Assembly: GCA_039589315.1 (NCBI GenBank)
Contig: JBDHHQ010000103.1
Coordinates: 1-13,997 of the forward strand
Source of the DNA: Gemmatimonadota bacterium
GTDB taxonomy: Bacteria > Gemmatimonadota > Gemmatimonadetes > Longimicrobiales > Gaopeijiaceae
Direction: 5' to 3'
DNA length: 13,997 nt
Part shown: positions 7,332 through 13,997 of the stretch, piece after piece
Numbering within the stretch: the stretch's first letter is position 1
How the letters are laid out: each line of letters starts with the position of its first letter
Translations under genes and position numbers: made by a program
Notes under the pieces: generated by a model
Told to the model about the DNA's origin: nothing
Seen by the model: the letters and a program-made list of their open reading frames with translations, nothing else
The model's database searches: none

Positions 7332-7835
7332 CTACCCCACCAGCGCGGGAGGGAAGGGCACGTTCAGGAGGACGCCGAAGACCAGGTAGAAGAAACCGGC
7401 AGTCAGCATGGTGATGACGAGCGTCTTGCTCCACGCTACGTGGGCCTCGACGCGAAGGTACGGCGCCAGGTACAGGGGCACGGCCGCCAGGAATCCCACG
7501 GTGTACACGAGTGCCAGAAGCAGCGCGCCCCACAGCGTCAGGCGAAGCTCCCGTGAGCGCCGCGGCCTCCTCCGATCGCCGGACACGTGGAGCCGAAGGC
7601 GAAGCTCGACGCGCTCCGCGGTGCCCCGGAGCGTGTCTCCGTGCAGGGCGCGGAAGGCCCTGTCCGGAAGCGCGGTCCCCTCCAGAACGAGCTCCAGGAT
7701 CAAGAGCGCCAGCGTCGGCAAGATCACCCACAGAGGGGCGAGCCGGCTGCCGGGCGCCAGGTAGAGGGTCTGGACGAGAAGGACCACACCCACCCCGGTC
7801 AGGATGGCCGTGAAGAGCATCCCCCGGGCTCTCAT
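7332..7835 (-). CDS. tctB: Tripartite tricarboxylate transporter small membrane subunit TctB, 167 aa
   Basis: The ATG at 7835 overlaps the tctA stop (ATGA). Several hydrophobic helices are present, with GFLAAVPLYL and the C-terminal YLVFGVLLNVPFP typical of TctB. Confidence 0.85.
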   Translation of the reverse strand: MRARGMLFTAILTGVGVVLLVQTLYLAPGSRLAPLWVILPTLALLILELVLEGTALPDRAFRALHGDTLRGTAERVELRLRLHVSGDRRRPRRSRELRLTLWGALLLALVYTVGFLAAVPLYLAPYLRVEAHVAWSKTLVITMLTAGFFYLVFGVLLNVPFPPALVG

Positions 7836-9334
7836 GAGGACACCCCTCGTCGTCGCTGGAGCGCTCGATTGATCACCGGCCACGCCATCGTCGCGGCCAA
7901 CAATGCGAAGAGCGCCAGGGATATGGGGCGATCCAGCAAGCTCAGCCGATCGAGCTCGTGGAGCCGCAGCGTAAGGTGGAGGTTGGTCTCGAACAGCGCG
8001 GCGAGGACCAGGGCGATCACGAAGGAGACCCGGGGCCAACCGTGGACCTTCATGGCGTATCCCAACACGCCGAACCCCACCGCGAGCAGCAGGTCTCCCA
8101 TGCTCCCCCGATACGCCAGCGCAGCGAGCACGACCAGCAGCGTGATGATCGGGACGATGATCTGAGCCGGCACCAGCGTGAGACGCGAAAAGTGTCCCGC
8201 GGTGGCGAGCCCGAGGACGGACGTGAGCCAGTTCGAGAAGAAGAGCGACCAGATCAGCACGAAGACGAGGGTGAGCTGATCCTGGAGGAGCTCGGGACCC
8301 GGCACGATGCCGTGGAGCGTCAGGGCGGCGAGCAGAAGAACCGTGCCCTCGCTACCAGGGATCCCGAATGCCAGCACCGGGAGCAGGGAGCCGCCATCCT
8401 TGGCGTCGTTCGCGGCTTCCGGCGCCAGGACACCTCGGATGTCCCCCTCGCCGAACTTGCCGTCCTTCGCACCGTGGGCCGCCTGCCCGTACGCGACGAA
8501 GCTCGCTACGGTACCGCCAATACCCGGGACCATGCCGATCATGGTTCCCAGGACGGAGCTGCGCGCGAACAGACCCGGGTTCTTCAGGACGGCCAGCACT
8601 CCGGCCCGAGTGCTCCCTGCCGCCGCGTCCACGTCGCTCTGGCTCGAGATTCGCTCCCGGCGCGACACGTACAATTCCATCATCTCCGCCAGGCCGAAGA
8701 GGCCGAGGAACACCGGGATGACCGACACCCCGTCGACCAGATACTCGGAGCCGAGCGCGTAGCGTAGCTCGGCGGTTCGAGGGTCCATCCCCACGAAGCC
8801 GACCATGAGCCCCAGACCCGCAGCGATGAGCCCCTTGAGCACGGCGCGTCGGCTTACCAGAGCGATGGTCGCGAGTCCCCAGATCGCCAGCAGGAGGAAC
8901 TCCAGGGGTCCGAACAACAGCAGCACACGCCGAATCACCGGAATGAACGCCACCAGGAGGATGATGCCGACGGTCGACCCCAGCGCGGATGCCGTCGCCG
9001 AGCAAGCGATGGCGGTCCTGGCCTCCCCCTGCTGCGCCAAGGGATAGCCGTCCAGCATCGTCGCGGCATTGGGGGCAGTGCCGGGGATGTTGAAGAGGAT
9101 CGAGGTTACCGACCCCATGAAGGTGCCCCCTCCGACCAGCGCTCCGAACAGCAATACCGTGGGGAGCGGGTCCCAGGAGAACGTCCAGGGAACGGCCAGG
9201 GCCATCAGCGTGACCCCGCCGATCCCCGGAAGGAAGGAGAACACCATGGCCAGCAGCGTACCAGCCACCGGGTAGAGGATGTTCGGCCAGGCCAAGAGGA
9301 TCTGGAGACCCTCCAACGCCGACGCCAGAATCAC
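7832..9334 (-). CDS. tctA: Tripartite tricarboxylate transporter permease TctA, 500 aa
   Basis: TctA signatures LPGIG, GSVTSILFNIPGTAPNAATMLDGYPLAQQG, GMVPGIGGTVASFVAY, GVLAPEAANDAKDGGSLLPVLAFGIPGS, HGIVPGP. GTG start with GGAG upstream. Confidence 0.96.
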   Translation of the reverse strand: MILASALEGLQILLAWPNILYPVAGTLLAMVFSFLPGIGGVTLMALAVPWTFSWDPLPTVLLFGALVGGGTFMGSVTSILFNIPGTAPNAATMLDGYPLAQQGEARTAIACSATASALGSTVGIILLVAFIPVIRRVLLLFGPLEFLLLAIWGLATIALVSRRAVLKGLIAAGLGLMVGFVGMDPRTAELRYALGSEYLVDGVSVIPVFLGLFGLAEMMELYVSRRERISSQSDVDAAAGSTRAGVLAVLKNPGLFARSSVLGTMIGMVPGIGGTVASFVAYGQAAHGAKDGKFGEGDIRGVLAPEAANDAKDGGSLLPVLAFGIPGSEGTVLLLAALTLHGIVPGPELLQDQLTLVFVLIWSLFFSNWLTSVLGLATAGHFSRLTLVPAQIIVPIITLLVVLAALAYRGSMGDLLLAVGFGVLGYAMKVHGWPRVSFVIALVLAALFETNLHLTLRLHELDRLSLLDRPISLALFALLAATMAWPVINRALQRRRGVSS

Positions 9335-9374
9335 GTCGGTCTCCGGCGAATCGCGGGCTCAGCACAGGGAGCCG

Positions 9375-10520
9375 TCAACGTCCCGCCGACCCTGTTCGGG
9401 CCTCTGTGAGGTACTCGCGAAACACCGCGCCCAGGGCTTGCAGCTCCGGCCCGGCGGCCTCGAGCTCGGCGGCGACCACCGATGCCTCGGCAAAGGCCAT
9501 CTTGCGGCGCGCCCCCGCGGCACGGGCGATGAACGCGCTGTCGTGCATCACCTGCGCGAAGCGATCCCTCAAGCAGCTCGTCAGCAGAGGGTCCAACCCG
9601 GGTGGAGCGACGACCATCCGCCCGGCCTGAAACATCCGGGCCAGAGCCGCGGCCCGTGCCACCATGGGCTCCGGGTCTTCACCCAGCTCCTTGGCCCGCT
9701 TGGCCGCGAGTCCGTTCTCCCCCACCACGACCGGAACGTCTCGCAGAGCGGGGAGAGGTTGTGCCGAGTACCGGGAGATCTGGGCTATCGGCCGAAGCCC
9801 ACCGGGCTCGATCCGGTCAAGCATCGAATCGAAGGTGTAGCCGGCCAGGTCGAATTCGCCCCTCATCAAACCGAGCGAGGACTCACGGGTGCCTGGGTAG
9901 CCGGCCACGTACGTGGCATCGAGGTCCAAGAGGTCCGAGGCGATGACGTACCAGATCCAGGCCGTGGACCCGACCCCGACGATGCCGAAGACCAACGGGC
10001 CGTCTGCCGTGCCTACTCTCAACTCCTCCAACGTCCGATTCGGAGAGTCCCAGGCCGTGAACAGGACCGGGGAAGGGACAGAGAGCCGGCCGATGGCCGT
10101 AAAATCTCGGGTGGGGTGGATGTTCGAATCGTGACCCAACAGGGCCTGGGTGAGCAACGCAGACCCGTTCACGATCCCCAGCGTCCGGCCGTCGGGGTCG
10201 GCGTCCCGAATCGTGCGAGCGCCGACTCGACCCGCGGCCCCGAGGCGGTGCTCGATCACGATCTCGGCGCCGATGGCTTCTTCGTAGAAGGGTTCGAGCA
10301 AACGGGATTGGACGTCGTACCCGCCCCCGGGCGTATAGGGCACGATCCAGCGTACCGTACGACCGTCCAGGCCGGGGCACGCGGCGTTCGCAGTAGACGA
10401 AGCGGCGGCGGCATCACCTCCGCCCGGATCGCACGCCGCCACGACACCGACGGCCAACGCTAGGCCGGGCCTCGCGAGGCGGACGGTCCTGCCGAGCTTT
10501 GCCACGAATCCATCGATCAC
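9375..10520 (-). CDS. tctC: Tripartite tricarboxylate transporter substrate-binding protein (Bug/TctC family), probable lipoprotein, 381 aa
   Basis: Bug motif VRWIVPYTPGGGYD followed by HRLGAAGRVG...DPDGRTLG, plus GYPGTRESSLGLMRGEFD and VVAPPGL. The signal peptide ends in VAAC (Cys30). GGAGG lies 7 nt before the GTG. Confidence 0.93.
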   Translation of the reverse strand: MIDGFVAKLGRTVRLARPGLALAVGVVAACDPGGGDAAAASSTANAACPGLDGRTVRWIVPYTPGGGYDVQSRLLEPFYEEAIGAEIVIEHRLGAAGRVGARTIRDADPDGRTLGIVNGSALLTQALLGHDSNIHPTRDFTAIGRLSVPSPVLFTAWDSPNRTLEELRVGTADGPLVFGIVGVGSTAWIWYVIASDLLDLDATYVAGYPGTRESSLGLMRGEFDLAGYTFDSMLDRIEPGGLRPIAQISRYSAQPLPALRDVPVVVGENGLAAKRAKELGEDPEPMVARAAALARMFQAGRMVVAPPGLDPLLTSCLRDRFAQVMHDSAFIARAAGARRKMAFAEASVVAAELEAAGPELQALGAVFREYLTEARTGSAGR

Positions 10521-10583
10521 TGCACAACCTCCCGGTTGGGCGCTTCACGGCTTCCTGGCCAGGGGTGTCGCCAGGGAGGGCAA

Positions 10584-10685
10584 GACCCGTGCCGGAGCCC
10601 CACTACCACCTCCGTGTGGTCAAACCGGCTCCGGGCGTCCGGGACGGGTCGACACACTCCCACCATCGGGAGCTCGCGCGCGAGC
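10584..10685 (-). promoter_or_regulatory. Extended imperfect stem-loop plus adjacent palindromes between the NUDIX gene and tctC
   Basis: GACCCGT (10584-10590) / ACGGGTC (10644-10650), CCGGAGCC (10592-10599) / GGCTCCGG (10627-10634) and ACCAC (10605-10609) / GTGGT (10616-10620) are nested. CTCCC-6-GGGAG lies at 10657-10672, and a perfect 14-bp palindrome GCTCGCGCGCGAGC at 10672-10685. The function is not established. Confidence 0.35.
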
Positions 10686-10710
10686 GCCGGCGCGCTCCGG
10701 GGGGCAAGCC

Positions 10711-11169
10711 CTACCCGAGCTTCTCGACCAGCTCCACCAGCAGAGGTAGCTGCGCGGGGTTGATCCGGCGACCCGCGTCGTCCAGCGTGAACCACGCCGC
10801 GCGGTCCACCTCCGGGAACTCCCTCATGCGTCCCGACCGGGGCGGCCACTCCATCGTGAACGTGTTGCTGCTCAGCTGCCGGGGGTCCACATCGCCCTCG
10901 ACCCCCCAGGCGATCACCGTCTTGCCGCTCCGTTGACGGACCGGCGCCAACGCGATGAAGTCGCCCACGGGGCGCATCCCGACCTCCTCCTCGAACTCCC
11001 GGCAAGCGGCGTCGAGGGCGTCTTCTCCCTCTCCGTACTCGCCCTTGGGGACCGACCAGGCCCCATCATCCTTCTTCGCCCAGAACGGACCCCCAGGGTG
11101 CACCAGCAGAAACTCCAAGCCATGCGGGCTCCGGCGATAGAGAACGATGCCCGCGCTTTGCCGACTCAC
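10711..11169 (-). CDS. NUDIX hydrolase (predicted NTP pyrophosphohydrolase, HPGGPFW subfamily), 152 aa
   Basis: SAGIVLYR, LLVHPGGPFWAKKDDGAWSVPKGE, Nudix box GEYGEGEDALDAACREFEEEVG, SNTFTMEWPPRSG and FPEVDRAAWF. The GTG at 11169 has GAGGAG 6 nt upstream and is preferred over the ATG at 11211. Confidence 0.93.
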   Translation of the reverse strand: MSRQSAGIVLYRRSPHGLEFLLVHPGGPFWAKKDDGAWSVPKGEYGEGEDALDAACREFEEEVGMRPVGDFIALAPVRQRSGKTVIAWGVEGDVDPRQLSSNTFTMEWPPRSGRMREFPEVDRAAWFTLDDAGRRINPAQLPLLVELVEKLG

Positions 11170-11318
11170 ACCCGTCTCCTCAACGGGGTGCGTGGCTGGT
11201 CGCCGCCGCATGACCCCCGATGGACAGGAGGCAGGCCACCGACGTATCTGATGTCAGGAGAGCTCATATGTGGACATCCCTCGACGGGTTTCTACCTGGA
11301 CACTGAAGGAGCATCCGC

Positions 11319-13997
11319 GTGCCTACGCTTCGGAATGCCATCCCAACGCTGACCGTCCTTCTCGCCGTCCTGGTCACGGCGGCCATACAGGAGCCGGTCA
11401 CGGCGCAGGTACCGGCGCAGGGGCGCCCGGCGGCGGTCTCCGTCCCGGACCTGACGACCCCCGCCAAGCAGTTCGGCCACGACATCGGCGCCGACTACAC
11501 CCTGCCCAACTACCGGCAATTGACCGAGTACTGGCAAGTACTGGCTGCGGAGTCGGACCGGATGGAGCTGGTCGAGATCGGGCGTACGGCCGAGGGACGG
11601 AGCCAACTCATGGCCGTCGTGACGTCACCGGAAAACCACGCACGGCTCGACCGATACAAGGGGATCGCCGAGAGGCTCGCGCGAGCCGAGGGCGTCACCG
11701 AGGCCGAGGCGCGAGACCTGGCCCATGAGGGGAGGGCCGTGGTGTGGATCGACGGAGGACTCCATGCCACGGAAGTCCTGGGCGCCCAGCAACTCATGGA
11801 GACGCTGTGGCAAATGGTCAGCGGCACGGACGACGAGACGCTGCGCATCCTGAACGACGTGATCATCCTCTTCGTGCACGCAAACCCGGACGGCCACGAC
11901 CTGGTGGCGGACTGGTACATGCGAAACCCGGAGCCCACCGAGCGCTCCACCAACGGCGTCCCTCGGCTCTACCAGAAGTACATCGGGCACGACAACAACC
12001 GGGACTTCTACGCGTCGACCCAGGCCGAGACCGAGAACATGAACCGCGTCCTGTACCGGGAGTGGTATCCCCAGATCACGTACAATCACCACCAGACCGG
12101 TCCGCCAGGGGCGGTCATGTTCGCTCCGCCATTCCGGGATCCGTTCAACTACGTCTACGACCCCCTCGTGGTCACCGGCATCGATCTGGTAGGCTCGGCG
12201 ATGCACAACCGCTTTGCCGTGGAGGGCAAGGGCGGCGTGGTGCGACGCCGCGGCGCCAACTACTCCACGTGGTGGAACGGTGGTCTCCGCACCACGGTGT
12301 ACTTCCACAACATGATCGGGCTCCTGACGGAGACGATCGGGAACCCCACGCCCATCGAGATTCCCACCGTCACGACCCGGATCCTCCCCAACGGAGACAT
12401 GCCCAATCCCATCCAGCCACAGGCGTGGCACTTCCGGCAGTCCATCGACTACTCGGTGACCGCCAACCGGGCCGTGTTGGACGTGGCCTCGCGCTACCGG
12501 GAGACCTTCCTGTTCAACATCTGGCGAGCCGGGATGAACTCCATCGAGCGTGGCAGCCGGGACCATTGGACGGTCTACCCGAAGAGCGTGGATGCGCTGA
12601 AGGAGGCACTGGGGACCGACGAGAGCAGCGACTTCGCGAGCCTGCCCGGCGGGCTCGGAGGGATGCCGGGACCCATCGAGGACTACGAGCTCCTGCACAA
12701 GCCCGAGCTGAGGGATCCCCGGGGCTACATACTATCGGCCGACCAGCCCGACTTTCCCACGGCCGGCAAGCTCGTCAACGCCCTCCTGGAGACCGGAATC
12801 ACCGTGCGCCGGGCGACGGCACCTTTCACGGTAGAGGGCAGGTCGTACCCTGTGGGGTCATACGTGGTGAAGACGGCCCAGGCGTTCCGGCCCCATGTCC
12901 TGGACATGTTCGAGCCACAGGATCACCCGAATGATTTCGCCTATCCGGGCAGCCCGCCGACGCCGCCCTACGACAATGCCGGCTGGACCCTGGCCTACCA
13001 GATGGGGGTGCAGTTCGACCGCGTGCTCGACGGATTCGACGGTCCCTTCGAGGTGATCGAAGACTGGAACGTATCGCCCCCTCCTGGAGCGGTGGCGTCG
13101 GCCGACGGGGCGGAGGGCTTCCTCTTCAGCCACGCGGTGAATGACGCCTTCAAGGTGATCAATCGCCTCGAGAGCTCGGGAGAGGAGGCCTACTGGCTGT
13201 TGGAACCGCATACGAGCGGTGGCACTCGATGGGACGCCGGGACGTTGTACGTGGCCTCGAGGCGAGGCACCGCGTCGCGGCTCGAGGCGCTGGCCACCGA
13301 AACCGGTGTGCACTTCGTGGGGGTGCCCAGCAAGCCCGACGTCGAGGCGCTTCGCCTACGTCCCACCCGTATCGCGCTCTGGGACACGTACGGCGGGTCG
13401 ATGCCATCGGGATGGATCCGGTGGATTCTGGAGCAGTGGGAGTACGCCGACGTGGAGGTCGTATTCCCGCCGCAGCTCGACGAAGGCGACCTGAACGATG
13501 ACTACGACGTCATCATCCTGCCCGACGGTGCCGTGGGCACAGGCGGCGGGTTCGCCCGTTTCTTCGCGAGCATGCCGCAGGAGATGATCGAGCGCCTCAT
13601 GAGGCAGTTCGGCTTCGGGCCGCCAGACCCCGAAACGGTGCCGGAGGAGTGGCGCGTCCGCATGGGGAGCGTGAGCGACTCCATCACCGTCCCCATCCTG
13701 CGGGAGTTCCTGGAGGACGGCGGTACCATCGTAACGATCGGGCACTCCACCCAGTTGGCGGACAAGCTGGGGCTCCCGGTGGGGAACGCTCTGATCCCCG
13801 AGGGCGGCGAGGAGCCGGTGGGTCGGGAAGAGTATTACGTCCCCGGGTCGATCCTCGAGGTGGCCGTGGACCGGACCCATCCGGTGGCACACGGCATCGG
13901 TGACCGGGTGGACGTGATGTTCGACAACAGCCCCGTGATGTCCGTGGGCCAGAACAGCGGGCTCGACCGGATCGCCTGGTTCGACAAGGCTGATCCG
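11319..13997 (+). CDS. Secreted M14 family zinc carboxypeptidase with a C-terminal class I glutamine-amidotransferase-like domain, running off the right edge (>893 aa)
   Basis: The GTG at 11319 has AAGGAG 7 nt upstream. The signal peptide reads MPTLRNAIPTLTVLLAVLVTAA...VTAQ. M14 motifs: IGRTAEGR, WIDGGLHATE (HxxE), NPDG, GHDNNRDF, YNHHQ. Later segments read RIALWDTYGGSMPSGWIRWILEQW, YDVIILPDG and LREFLEDGGTIVTIG. The same frame ends ...FDNSPVMSVGQNSGLDRIAWFDKADP at 13997. Confidence 0.93.
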   Translation, partial: MPTLRNAIPTLTVLLAVLVTAAIQEPVTAQVPAQGRPAAVSVPDLTTPAKQFGHDIGADYTLPNYRQLTEYWQVLAAESDRMELVEIGRTAEGRSQLMAVVTSPENHARLDRYKGIAERLARAEGVTEAEARDLAHEGRAVVWIDGGLHATEVLGAQQLMETLWQMVSGTDDETLRILNDVIILFVHANPDGHDLVADWYMRNPEPTERSTNGVPRLYQKYIGHDNNRDFYASTQAETENMNRVLYREWYPQITYNHHQTGPPGAVMFAPPFRDPFNYVYDPLVVTGIDLVGSAMHNRFAVEGKGGVVRRRGANYSTWWNGGLRTTVYFHNMIGLLTETIGNPTPIEIPTVTTRILPNGDMPNPIQPQAWHFRQSIDYSVTANRAVLDVASRYRETFLFNIWRAGMNSIERGSRDHWTVYPKSVDALKEALGTDESSDFASLPGGLGGMPGPIEDYELLHKPELRDPRGYILSADQPDFPTAGKLVNALLETGITVRRATAPFTVEGRSYPVGSYVVKTAQAFRPHVLDMFEPQDHPNDFAYPGSPPTPPYDNAGWTLAYQMGVQFDRVLDGFDGPFEVIEDWNVSPPPGAVASADGAEGFLFSHAVNDAFKVINRLESSGEEAYWLLEPHTSGGTRWDAGTLYVASRRGTASRLEALATETGVHFVGVPSKPDVEALRLRPTRIALWDTYGGSMPSGWIRWILEQWEYADVEVVFPPQLDEGDLNDDYDVIILPDGAVGTGGGFARFFASMPQEMIERLMRQFGFGPPDPETVPEEWRVRMGSVSDSITVPILREFLEDGGTIVTIGHSTQLADKLGLPVGNALIPEGGEEPVGREEYYVPGSILEVAVDRTHPVAHGIGDRVDVMFDNSPVMSVGQNSGLDRIAWFDKADP

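Noticed and set aside
7309..8039. N-terminal extensions of the ligase (to 7731) and TctB (to 8039) shown in the ORF track
   Set aside because: They overlap tctB and tctA in other frames and translate as low-complexity sequence; internal ATGs at 7308 and 7835 fit the operon spacing.

Overview
High-GC bacterial DNA; the protein styles suggest a Gemmatimonadota-like organism, but this is inference only. Seven genes lie on the minus strand and one on the plus strand. From right to left on the minus strand: a NUDIX hydrolase (10711-11169); a tripartite tricarboxylate transporter in the order tctC-tctA-tctB (7332-10520), followed 23 nt later by a 511-aa asparagine-synthetase-like ATP-dependent ligase without the N-terminal glutaminase Cys (5773-7308); a 1347-aa fusion of an alpha/beta-hydrolase (lipase/LCAT-like), an M17-N-terminal-like domain, a CHAT caspase-like protease and a TPR tail (1251-5294); and, after a 700-bp gap rich in repeats and palindromes, the 5' part of a SpmA/nucleoside-recognition membrane protein (<1-548). 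A secreted M14 zinc carboxypeptidase (11319->13997) is transcribed divergently and runs off the right edge. Both edge genes are missing from the supplied ORF track and were translated by hand. The best candidates for undescribed biology are the lipase-CHAT-TPR polyprotein with both catalytic sets apparently intact, the transporter plus amide-ligase operon, and the repeat structure at 701-1250. I saw no rRNA, tRNA, CRISPR array or transposase.
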